Shown: one piece after another, positions 13,839-25,188 of the stretch | How positions within the stretch are numbered: position 1 is the first letter of the stretch | How the letters are laid out: each line of letters opens with the position of its first letter | Assembly: GCF_006345805.1 (NCBI RefSeq) | Contig: NC_042998.1 | Location: 74,214,001-74,278,000 of the forward strand | Direction: 5' to 3' | Length of the DNA: 64,000 nucleotides | From: Octopus sinensis | Lineage: Eukaryota | The notes under the pieces: generated by a model | Seen by the model: the letters and a program-made list of their open reading frames with translations, nothing else | Told to the model about the DNA's origin: nothing | Databases searched by the model: none | Position numbers and translations under genes: made by a program

Positions 13839-13870
13839 TTTTTTCCCCTTTTTTTCCGAACCTTATACAG
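13839..13870 (+). promoter_or_regulatory. Candidate 3' splice acceptor of a 5'-UTR intron, 7 nt before the tubulin ATG
   Basis: Pyrimidine tract ttttttcccctttttttcc (13839-13857), then ttatacAG (AG at 13869-13870), then ggacaacATG. Confidence 0.45.
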
Positions 13871-13877
13871 GGACAAC

Positions 13878-15167
13878 ATGAGAGAAATTGTTCATATACA
13901 GATCGGACAATGTGGAAACCGCATTGGAGAGAGGTTCTGGGAATATATTTCGGACGAGCATGGAATTGATCCTCTAGGAAGGTTTAACGGAGATTCAGAT
14001 CTTCAGATAGAAAGAATCAACGTTTATTTCAATGAGGCACGAATGGGAAAATACGTACCAAGGGCTATTTTAGTGGATTTAGAGCCCGCAGTATTAGATT
14101 CAATAAGAGGCTCTCCTTTTGGACAATTATTTCGACCAGATAATTTTGTTTTTGGTCAAGGTAGCGCATCAAATAATTGGGCCAAAGGATATTTTACTGA
14201 AGGCGCTGAGCTATGTGATACTGTGTATGATATTGTACGAAAAGAAGCTGAAAGTTGTGATTGTATTCAAGGATTTCAACTGACTCATTCCATTGGTGGT
14301 GGCTCAGGCGGTGGTCTCGGAGCCTTGTTAATGAGTAAAATAAAAGAAGAATTTTCAGATCGTATCAATCTCAACTTCACTGTTATACCGTCACCGAAGG
14401 TCTCCGAAACTGTTGTAGAACCTTACAATGCTGTACTATCGATAAACACGCTGGTGGATAATTCTAATGAAACAATGTGCTTTGACAACGAGGCACTTTT
14501 TAATATCTGCAATCGCACATTAAAACTGTCGCACCCTAGTTTAGAAGATCTAAATCACTTAATATCTACGACAATGTCTGGGATGACGACATGTTTTCGA
14601 TTCCCAGGTCAGTTAAATGCTGACCTGCGAAAGCTAGGAGTTAACATGATCCCATTTCCTCGTCTCCATTTCTTTATTCCGGGGTTCGCTCCTTTAACCG
14701 CTCGCAGTGTACAACCATATCGTGCAATGACAGTCCCAGAACTGTCGCAACAAATATTTGACGCCAAAAATATGATGGTTGCAGCTAACCCGCTAGACGG
14801 TCGATATCTATGCGCAGCTTGTGTCTTCCGTGGAAGATTATCGATGAAGGAAGTAGATGAGCAGATGTTCAATATTCAAAATAAGAACAGTTCATATTTT
14901 GTTGAGTGGATTCCGGATAACGTGAAAACTGCTGTGTGTGACATACCACCACGAGGACTTAAGATGTCAGCAACCTTTATTGGTAACTCTACAAGTATTC
15001 AAGCCCTTTTTAGGAGAATCATGGAGCAATATGATACAATGTTACGACGACGCGCATTCTTGCATTGGTATACTGGAGAAGGAATGGAAGAAATGGAATT
15101 CACTGAAGCTGGATCCAATTTGGCTGATCTGATTTCAGAATACCAACATTATGAGACAGTTCATTAA
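13878..15167 (+). CDS. TUBB-like: Divergent beta-tubulin, 429 aa, intron-free CDS, lacking the acidic C-terminal tail
   Basis: Uninterrupted ORF starting MREIVHIQ, with GGGSGGG (canonical GGGTGSG), [20 protein letters not shown] and [10 protein letters not shown]. It is colinear without indels with canonical beta-tubulin as recalled from memory, at roughly three-quarters identity by manual count. It ends EYQHYETVH*. Confidence 0.96.
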   Translation: MREIVHIQIGQCGNRIGERFWEYISDEHGIDPLGRFNGDSDLQIERINVYFNEARMGKYVPRAILVDLEPAVLDSIRGSPFGQLFRPDNFVFGQGSASNNWAKGYFTEGAELCDTVYDIVRKEAESCDCIQGFQLTHSIGGGSGGGLGALLMSKIKEEFSDRINLNFTVIPSPKVSETVVEPYNAVLSINTLVDNSNETMCFDNEALFNICNRTLKLSHPSLEDLNHLISTTMSGMTTCFRFPGQLNADLRKLGVNMIPFPRLHFFIPGFAPLTARSVQPYRAMTVPELSQQIFDAKNMMVAANPLDGRYLCAACVFRGRLSMKEVDEQMFNIQNKNSSYFVEWIPDNVKTAVCDIPPRGLKMSATFIGNSTSIQALFRRIMEQYDTMLRRRAFLHWYTGEGMEEMEFTEAGSNLADLISEYQHYETVH

Positions 15168-16857
15168 ACTGTACATCCATTGAGAGATTTATCAGACAGA
15201 ATTTGGTAAATATTGTTGAAAAGAGGGATCTGATGTTAAATGGAACAGGCCAGAAAACATGGAGGTTTCTTTGTGTCAGATATTTATTGTGATAAAACCT
15301 AATTAATCATGTTAGCTTTCTTCGATATTTATTCCATTTATCGCAAATACAGAGTACCTATCAACAGGAGTTAGTAAGTACTTATTAACATGAGTTTATA
15401 TTATAATCGCTTTCTCTTTTTTCTTCTCTCCTTCTTTCTCTCCTTCACTCTTTCTCTCTGCTAGATAAGTTATTCATATATTCATGTTAAACCACCCAAC
15501 AATTTCTCCTCTCTGTGCTGACTTCTAAGAGTTTTATGTAGAATGAAATGCTCTTGTTAATTCGTACTCCAAAACTCAGTTTCCATTCCTTCTTAAATTA
15601 CTTCAAAGAAATACTAATCAATCTTCCTAACTTATTTTCTTCATTCTCTGTTATTCCTGATATTAAATCCAACGTGGACTGGTGAGAGGAAAATATTCTG
15701 GTGTATTCTCAAAGAGAAGCAGTGACAGTATAAGAATGAGCTGTAGCTAGTAGAGATTACGTATTTTTAGATGAATAGTATGAGTCTAGGAAGGTCAATA
15801 AGATCAAGGAAAGATAGAAAGATACGATGGACCAGTGTCTTGTCCATAAGGGGAATATATGAGCCATGGAAACCGGGAAACCGGACCTTTGAGTCGATGA
15901 CTCGAGAAGGAACATTACTACTTTACTAAAAACACACGCTGTTAAGTTTACCTTATATCTTTATTTAGTCTAAAGGTGTGAACATATTTTATATACATGG
16001 TATAATACGCACAAACATGTACAAAGCCACCAGACAACCGGAAACAAAAGACAATGAGAAAGACAGATACCGTCCTAAATCCCATTTCAGCCACGGAAGC
16101 AAATGCAAACCCGGATCAGGTAACCTCCACACCCAAACATTGAATCCAACAAGTCCTTGGTACTGTGGAGTCACTGGAAGTTCCTCTCTCCGATGATACC
16201 CCAGAGATAACAGTCAAGTATGATTGCGTCAGGACCGCTAGGACCAACATGATGCTGCGGCCACATGATCACAAGACATTTCTGGATCTTGTAGGCCAGG
16301 AACTATCCGCTCCTCACCAAGGAGAACTTGTACCTGATGTGTTTGTGTAGCAGTCTTCACCCCCTTGAGCTGTTCTGTGATGACCCCCGTCGATACGTTG
16401 CAGTTGTCATTGATGTTCTGGACCTGCTAGGCGGTCCAGAGCATCAACGTCTGACTTTTGAAAATGTTCCATACTCTTGGCCACGGATAACACATCTTTT
16501 ACAGAAGATTCCAGCTCTTTCCCAATCTGGAACACAAAGGGCCGGGCCCCTTTCGAGAAGCTGACAAAATTTAAGTCACTTAGGTGAGCAGCTAGAGAGG
16601 CACAAAAAATGGCGTGCGACTTCATTTCCGGTAGAAAATTGGAATTTTTTATGTTGATGTCTGTCGGTAAGCTTAAAAGACTAATGACAAAGTTAAAATT
16701 TGGTGGATGATGCGTAAGTTAGGCACTTTTCCATTTATGACCTGCTGAATCTTGCTCATAAATACTTAGCGCATTCTTTCTAGCCCCATCTCTCTTCTCT
16801 TTCTATTTCTCTCTCTCTCTCTCTCTGTTTCTCTCTGTCTGTCTGTCTGTCTCTCTC

Positions 16858-16905
<48 letters not shown>

Positions 16906-17158
16906 GTATATACATACCTAATACATACTACATACATACGTACATACATACATATAAAATGAGAACGAGAGACGCTCACACACATACATATATACTATAT
17001 CCAAAGAGAGGGCGAGGAAGAGAGGGAGGGAGAGAAAATGGGAAAGAGAGACAAATAGACATAGAGAAGAAACTTTATCAATTGATAGTGAATTCATTTG
17101 AAAACAACGTATTTTCTTTTGCTTCTGGTATATTTATATTAACATTATTTAGAAAACA

Positions 17159-17360
17159 ATTCATCATCATCATCATCATCATCTTCTTCTTCTTCCTCTT
17201 CCTCTTCCTCTTCTTCTTCCTCTTCTTCTTCCTCCTCTTCTTCTTCATTTTCTTTTTCTTCTTCTTCCTCTTATTCTTCCTCTTCTTCTTCCTCCTCTTC
17301 TTCTTCTTCTTCTTCTTCTTCTTCTTCTTCTTCTACTTCTTTTTCTTCTATATCTACTTC
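17159..17360. repeat. (CAT)n followed by a (CTT/CCT)n polypyrimidine tract
   Basis: Direct reading. This tract generates the spurious poly-Phe ORF 16959-17627. Confidence 0.95.
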
Positions 17361-18154
17361 TTCCTATTATTTTTGATGTTGCTTGCGATAGACATGTCTT
17401 TTAGGAGCTGCGTGCGATTTGAAAAAATTATCGGATTACTTTTAGAAATGTTGTTTTTTTTCTGTGTGTATTGTGAACCTGTTATAGAGAGAGGGGAGAA
17501 GTTTCTTTCGTGGTTTCTATTAATTTTTTTTAAGTCAGACTATTTGAAAAAAAAAAATGTAAGCATGGCATCCACTGTGGCAGCGGTGGGATACGCCACT
17601 GTAAGTTTAACACACATCAAAAAATAAGATAAGTAGAAGACAATTAAGCATGCTAACACAGTCATTTATACTTTGAAGAAAAATACACAGAAAAAAACAC
17701 AATTCCACAAACGAATACATTTGTAAACACAGATGTTGGTAACAGCTAAAATTTTCACAACGCAAACAGTATCAATGCAAGCTTTCTATTGTTACTAACC
17801 AGAGAATGGTATTAAAGCAAGAGCTGTACCTCCAAAAGTTAAGAATCTGGGAAAGGTGGATGATACTACCAAAGGAAAGTTAAGAGAGAAATGATGACGG
17901 ATGATGCATAAATCATTAAGTAAGGCAGTTTTCCATTTATGACTCGCTGAACCTTGCTCACTAATAAACACTTAGCGCATCCGTTTGTGTCTCGAAAATT
18001 GGGAGGTCTTTCGATATGCTCTTAAGGAAGCAATAAAAGGAAGCTGACAGATGTGATTTCCATTGACCGCAGCTGGTTTTCAAAACTGGGAATGGGAAAG
18101 AAAGCAGGCAGAGTTGTTGATGCGTCGTATGTCTCCCCAGACTAGATTTACAAT

Positions 18155-18560
18155 AATGGTTTCAAATGTTGGCACAAGGCCAGTAATTTTAGGGGAAGGA
18201 GTTCAGTCGATTACATCAACTCCAGTGCACGACTGATACTTATTTTATCGACCTCGAAATGATGAAGGGCAAACTCGACCACGGCAGAAATTGAACTCAG
18301 AACGTAACGTGAGAAGAAATGACACTATGCATTTTCTCCGGTCAGTTTGCCTCCAGTTGTATAATAATCCTTTCTACTAAAGGCACAAGGCCTGAAATTT
18401 GAGGGAAGGTGTCTAGTCGATAACATCAACCCCAGTGTTTCTCTGGTACTTAATTTGACCCCGAAAGAATGAAAGGCAAAGTCGACCTTGGTAGAACTTG
18501 AATTGAGAACGTAGCAACGGACGAAATGTCGCTAAGTATTTTGTCTGGCGTGCTGACGAC
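18155..18560 (-). mobile_element. Two tandem reverse SINE family A copies
   Basis: Both contain the reverse complement of GAGTTCAA..GTCGA..TTTCAT..GTCGATAAAATAAGTA..TTGTGCC. Confidence 0.8.
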
Positions 18561-18564
18561 CAAT

Positions 18565-18713
18565 AGCCTTGCGCCGACCAAAGCTTTGTAGGTGGATTTC
18601 GTAGACGAAAACTGAAAGAAGCCCATCGTATATATATATATATATATATATATAGATATATATATATATATATATATACTGTACACACCACACACACACA
18701 CACACCATATATA

Positions 18714-18765
<52 letters not shown>

Positions 18766-19113
18766 TCTGCGTTGTGTTTACATCCCCGTAACTTAGCGGT
18801 TCAGCAAAATAGACCTTAGCATAAGTACTAAACTTACGACGAATAAATCCTGGGGTCAATTTCGTTCGACTAAAGGCGGTGCTCCAACATAGCCGCAGTC
18901 AAATGACTGAAACAAGTAAGAGCGGGCTCTTCTTGTGAAACCAGTAACTTACGGGGATGTAAATAAACCAACAGCAGTTATCAAGCTGTGATAAAACACA
19001 AAACACACACATACACTTACATATATACATGTATAAACATATAAATATATATATATACATGTATATATATAGATATATAGATATATATATATATATATGT
19101 GTGTGTGTGTATG

Positions 19114-19155
<42 letters not shown>

Positions 19156-19250
19156 AATATATAATAAACACACACATATAAATATACATCTCTACATATG
19201 CATCTATATATACATTTCTGCAGATGTATATATATATATATATACATTAT
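18565..19250. mobile_element. SINE family B forward copy followed tail-to-tail by an inverted partial copy
   Basis: TTTACATCCCCGTAA (18777-18791) and its exact reverse complement TTACGGGGATGTAAA (18949-18963). The flanking (TA)n/(TG)n and (CA)n/(TA)n tracts are also complementary. Confidence 0.75.
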
Positions 19251-19629
19251 ATATGTATGTACGTATGTGAGATAATAGTTTCACTTTAATAGTTTTTAGT
19301 ATTAATAGTGAAACTGTTAAACTGAATGTATTTCACATTACAATAGAGAAATGTTATTGATTCACTTTTGACACGTAATACTGAAATAGAGAAGAGATTG
19401 CTTTGGGCTCGTATTAGGCAAAAAGTTGAAAATTCGAATGCAATCGGTTGTGTAGTTCTCGAGTTTTAGGGATTCACACAGACAGACACAAATTCTCATC
19501 TTTATATATATATAGATATATACAGGTGCCGTGAATAAATAGTCGTCTAAATTACACAAAAACGAAAATAACACCGACATCTCATATTAACATATATTTA
19601 CCAAAATTACATAAAAGTATCTTGAAATA

Positions 19630-20310
19630 CTAAAGAGTGAATATATTCAATAAAATCGCCATTGGCTTCAACCACGGCCTCCAGACGACTTCGGAATCTG
19701 TTGCAACTCTTCTGGACGGTCTCTTTGCTTAAGTTGGTGAATGCTGCCATAATCCTTACCCTCAGTTCATTTTTGGTGTTACAAGGAGTTTTGTTGGTCT
19801 GTCACTAGCTGCACCCCAAACATAATAATCAAGGGGATTGCAGTCTGTGGAGTTCGGTGGCCAGATTATAGGGATGAAGCGGTCGCAGAAATTGTCTGAC
19901 AGCCATCACAGGGTTCTCATGATTGTGTGGCATGTTGCAGAGTTAAGTCCTGTTGCCAGACATAGGATCTTCCTGCAGCCACCCTCTTGAACCAGGACAG
20001 CACTACTTCCTTCAGGCACTTGATGTAGGCTTCCGTGTTGAGCCTGAGGCACAACGTCACCATTACTAGTGATCACACCAGACACCATGATGTTGACTGG
20101 ATGTTTGATTGTCATCACTCTCAGTACATGTCCTCAGATTGCACTGTTCTGAGATTGACTCTCAAACACTGAAACACTGATACCCAAACATTGAGCTTCC
20201 AGAGCGAATGTCAGGCAGTACAGCATGTCGTTTCCAAATTTCTGGCAGATTGAATTGCATCATGGTGCTTTTCTTCTCACGAAAGGTGCCCAACTGACTC
20301 TACTATACTA
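19630..20310 (-). mobile_element. maT-like transposase remnant, reverse strand
   Basis: Minus strand IWPPNSTDCNPLDYYVWG and MMTIKHPVNIMVSGVITSNGDV. A candidate end TACAGGTG lies near 19522. Confidence 0.75.
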
Positions 20311-20416
20311 TACTATCAAAAAGAAACAATGCACATGCGCGAAATTAACATTATAAAATGGCGACAATTTACCCATCGCATCCTGGGTATACATACACAC
20401 ATACATACACACACAC

Positions 20417-20457
<41 letters not shown>

Positions 20458-20618
20458 ACACACACCACACACACTATATATATATATTATATATATATAT
20501 GTAGGCTCGAAACGTAAAAGACTTGTTTTATTTATATTCCTGAGCGCCATACTAATACAATTGTTTGTTTGTATTCCACCTGCCTTCGTCTTTTGTTTAT
20601 TTTCATAAAGCTTCCCGT

Positions 20619-20669
<51 letters not shown>

Positions 20670-20962
20670 TCACATATATGACGGTCTTTTTCTGTCTCCG
20701 TCTAAAAAATCCGCTCACAAGGCATTAGTGAATCGAGGCTATAGTTGCAGAAACTTGCCCAACTATACACTGAACACGGAACTATGTGGTTGAGACAGAA
20801 ACTTCTTGAAGGAGTTGGGTTCCGATTAGAGGCATGCGAAACTCGAAGTAGTACGGAACCAAATCAAACTGTTTTAATTAATGGTGCATGCACGTGTTGA
20901 GTACCCTTTTCTTTCGTTTGTCCATTCACTCGTACACGCACACACACACACACACAACACAC

Positions 20963-21034
<72 letters not shown>

Positions 21035-21081
21035 TATAATTAAAAAAGAAGATGTTTGAACACGAGTTGTGATATATAAAA

Positions 21082-21397
21082 AAAGGAAATGAAGAAAATG
21101 CTGACAAAAAAATTTAAGTAAGGGAGAGTGTATTTAATTAGGTGAAAGTTCTTTTTACCGGTTGCGCATTTGTTATGCTTATCAAAAGATATTTTTTTAA
21201 GAGAGATAGAGTTGCTTTCTGATAGATTTTTTCTCTTATCAGATAAGAGAAAAAAATCTATCAGACAGGAACTCTATCTCTCTTAAAACAAATATCTTTT
21301 GATAAGCATAACAAATGCGCAACCGGTAAAAAGAACTTTCACCTAATTAAATACATCTCCCTTACTTAAATTATTTTGTCAGCATTTCCTTCATTTC

Positions 21398-21401
<4 letters not shown>
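21082..21401. repeat. About 320-bp near-perfect palindrome (two arms of about 160 bp, 1-nt spacer at 21241) with a degenerate hammerhead in each arm
   Basis: The arms are reverse complements with about 6-7 differences. Right arm 21295-21334 reads UCUUUU-GAUAA-GCAU(AACAA)AUGC-GCAA-CCG-GUA/AAAAGA, mirrored at 21150-21189. Confidence 0.9.
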
Positions 21402-21442
<41 letters not shown>

Positions 21443-22129
21443 TGTGTTTATACATCCGTACATACATGCATATATACATACACACACACCCATAACGTAT
21501 GTGCATGCGTCCACAGTATATGTATGTACGTGTATTGTGTGTATGCTGTGTGAGTGTGTGAGTGTGTGTGTATGTGTGTGTATGTGTGTGCATGCGTGCG
21601 TGTGTGTGTATGTGTATCTGTCTGTCTGCCTGTCTGTTTGAGCCGCTGTGTCCGTGCGTTGTACCTTGAAAGGATCATTTTGCAAGACAAAAGCATTGTT
21701 TATGTTTCACTAACAGTAATATCAGTCAGCTAATTAATTAATTGAATAATTAAGGGCTTGATCAATCGTTTGACTAATCAATCGGTTGACTCGTCTAAAG
21801 AAAAATTTAGAAAGGTCATTTTGTGGCAGAACTAGAGCAGATGAGGGCACGACAGTGATAAAGTCACAGGTTGCGACGAAAGCACTTTCGCAAACCAACC
21901 GAATGATAAGATCAAACAATTGATAAAACTATTGATTAGTTAATTAGTTAGCTATTTCACTGAAGATGCTAAAAAGAAATCAAATATTACCAGCTCATCT
22001 GCTTTATTTGTTTTATTTTATTTCGCAAAATGACCCATGACCACCATAAGGTACAACAACATCATGCTTCAACATCCAATTTCTTGAATCTTGTAAAACA
22101 TACACATGTATATACATGTGCTTGTGTAC

Positions 22130-22239
<110 letters not shown>

Positions 22240-23238
22240 ATATATAGGTGTATATATTGTAATGGTTATTTTCAAGTCGAGTATATATAAAAACAGTTTA
22301 CCGTTAAACTGAACGATATATATATATACACATATATAGGTGTATATATTTATATGGTGGAGAGACTATAAGTATATTTACATATTTATTGTAAGTTGAT
22401 ATGAGCTTACAGTATATATATATATAAAACTGAAATGCGTTTTTACCGCTTGGATCGCTTTCAATGCCACTACGTCCCGTCCGATTCGCTCCAAAATTTA
22501 CAGGGACATGTAGAATGAGGTGACGATTCTCGTGGGCTACCTTAGACATCCCTATCTTAAAAGGTGTGGTTGCTAGGGGCCATCTTCCTCACTCACGCTA
22601 TTTCCTAATTTCCCTCTCTTACTCCCCTTCATTAATAACTTTGAGAATGCCACTACCGTTATTTAAAGTATCGGTCACTCTCGCTATTTCCTTTCTTTTT
22701 CACTGACTCTGTTTCCTACCTTCCCATCACTTCGGCGGCATTCTTTTAAGTATCTGTCTGTCACCAACAAAACACGAGCATGAGAACAAATATTATGAAT
22801 CAGATATTCTTGCGTTCATTTATATGTGTGTGTGTGTGTGTTCTATATATAAATATGTATATATAATGTATGTGTGTGTGTGTTCTATATATAAATATGT
22901 ATATATAATGTATGTGTGTGTTCTATATATAAATATGTATATATAATGTATATATACAAAGTGTATATATCTGTATTTATGTATATTAAACTTTTTCATA
23001 CTTTTTCATAGTTATATATATTTTTAAACAAATTATAAATATAATTTAATAATTTTTATTTTCAATTTAAGTAATTTAAATTTTTCAATTTTATATTTTA
23101 TATATTTTCTATATTATATATTTTTTTTATGTTTTTGTTTTTGGTTTTTCACTGTTTGATTTGCCTATTAGTGGTTTTATCTCTAATTTAATTTATACAG
23201 ATATATATCTCATTTGTACATTTGTATATATAATGCGT

Positions 23239-23295
<57 letters not shown>

Positions 23296-24097
23296 ATGTG
23301 TGCATTACGTAGTCGGTCGATTCTGCTGAAAATATGCACACCTATGTTAAAGTGCTGGCAAGTTTGCATGACAACTATTTTTTTCCTCAAATGAAAGGCG
23401 TCACCTCTAGGACAAAATTCCTCATCTTATAAAATGTGGCCCCAGTAGACCCGAATGAAATCGGGTTATATTAACCAAAATGTGAAAAGGGGTCTAAATG
23501 GGGCTGGAAGGGGATTCAAATTTCAAGGAGCGGTTGTTTAGGAATTCTCTATTACATCAAGCTAAAAAATTTGCGTCAATGTGTTGCCGTACATGATAGA
23601 GAAGTTTTGAATGCTTGCCATGGTGAGTCTACTGTCGTGAGAAAGAATCACTTCAAAACTTGGTGTTTACGAATTTTCTTTTACATCAAGTTCAAAATTT
23701 TACGCCAGCCGTTAAACTGTCAATACGTTGCTGTCCGTCGTTAACAAATGCCAGCCATGGTGACTCTACTATCCTCAGATTCTATCCCTTCAAACTTTGG
23801 TTTCCAATATTTTATTATTCTTATTCAGCTCGCAAGTTCGTCTGTCCCTTTTAAATGTTAGCGTTTTGCTGTCTGCCTTGAAGCAGACCTTTCCATTGCC
23901 ACTGCCTCATATTTCTGATTGATCTTTCTAAATATTTTATTTCTCAACTTACTCAAGATCTTCTGTTGTTTATAAATGGGAGAGAGATAGATAAAGATAG
24001 AGAGTAAGAGAAAGCGAGGGAGAGTCCGAGAGAAAAGAAAAGTAAGAGAGTGGGAAAGTGAGAGAGAAAGGAGAGAGAAACAAATACGGAGAATCAT

Positions 24098-24405
24098 CAT
24101 CATCATCGTTTAACGTCCGTTTTCCGTGCTAGCACGGGTTGGACAGTGTGACCGGGGTCTGGGAAGCCAGGAGGCTGCACCAGGCTCCAGTCTGATCTGG
24201 CAGTGTTTCTACAGGTAGATGACCTTCCTAACGCCAACCACTCTGTGAGTGTAGTGGGTGCTTTTTTCGTGCCGCCGGCACAGGTGCCAGGGGGGCTCGC
24301 AGCGGCAACGATCGGTTGGTGCTTTTAACGTGCCACCGGCACAGAAGCAAGTCAAGGCGGCGCTGCAATCGGCCACGTTCGGATGGTGCTTTTTACGTGC
24401 TGAAA
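24098..24405 (-). mobile_element. RTE-type 3' end element ending in (GAT)n, reverse orientation
   Basis: CATCATCATCGTTTAACGTCCGTTTTCCGTGCTAGCACGGGTTGGAC on the + strand. The same end occurs at about 37575 and 41676. Internal GGTGCTTTT..CGTGC subrepeats occur three times. Confidence 0.7.
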
Positions 24406-24467
24406 GGAAGCAACAGAAAGTAACAACCACACTCTTACCCGCGCGTAGAGTGGGTCACCTTCAGCTA

Positions 24468-24524
<57 letters not shown>

Positions 24525-24640
24525 TATATACTCTACGTTTGTGTGTGTGCGTCTGTGTGTCTTTACATGTGCTTACGTGCGTGTGCGACTGTGTGCGCAT
24601 TGCCGCGTGAGTATATATTTGCGCGCGCGATATGTGCATA

Positions 24641-25075
24641 CATGGCTGTGTAAGAAGCTTGCTTCCTAACCACATTGTTCCGGTTTCAGTCCTACTATGA
24701 GGCACCTTATGCAACTGTCTTTCAGTATAGCCTCGGGCCGACCAAAGCCTTGTGAGTGGATTTGAGAACCGGAAATTTAATGAAGCTTGTCGTATATATA
24801 AGTGTGTGTCCGTGTGTGTGTGTATGTGTGTATGTATGTGTGTCTTAGTGTCTGTGTTTATCTACCAACACTTCTTGACAACAGGTGTTGGTGTGTTTAC
24901 GTCCCCGTAATCAAGTGGTTCGGCAAAAGAAACCGATAGAATAAGTATTAGGTTTTAAAAAATAAGTCCTGAGGTCGTTTGTTGGGCTAACACCTATCAA
25001 AGCAGTGCCCCAGCATGGCCGCAGTCAAACGACTGAAACAAGTGTATAAAAGATAAAAGATAATAGATGGTATTG
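24641..25075 (+). mobile_element. SINE family B (tRNA head, CORE-like block, internal microsatellite, 3' module)
   Basis: GGCTGTGTAAGAAGCTTGCT..GGCACCTT..TAGCCTCGGGCCGACCAAAGCCTTGTGAGTGGATTT..(TG)n..TACGTCCCCGTAA..CAGCATGGCCGCAGTC..GACTGAAACAAG. Confidence 0.85.
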
Positions 25076-25150
25076 CCTATGTAATATATATGTACGTGTG
25101 TGTGCGTGTGTGTGTGTGTGCGTGCGTGTGCGTGTGTGTGTGCGTGTGTG

Positions 25151-25188
<38 letters not shown>

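Noticed and set aside
15165-15209. A-to-I editing or read-through of the TAA stop restoring a tail
   Set aside because: Read-through gives TVHPLRDLSDRIW*, which is not acidic, so it would not restore an E-hook.
17008-17058. GA-rich stretch translating EGEEEREGEKMGKRDK*, tempting as a spliced acidic tail for the tubulin
   Set aside because: An in-frame join needs a GAG acceptor with no pyrimidine tract and a weak GTTCAT donor. The stretch is part of a GA-rich microsatellite flank. Only RNA data could revive it.
17159-17360. Poly-Glu/Asp coding potential near the tubulin, and the 222-aa poly-Phe ORF
   Set aside because: The acidic reading is antisense to the tubulin, and the tract is a simple (CTT)n/(CAT)n repeat.
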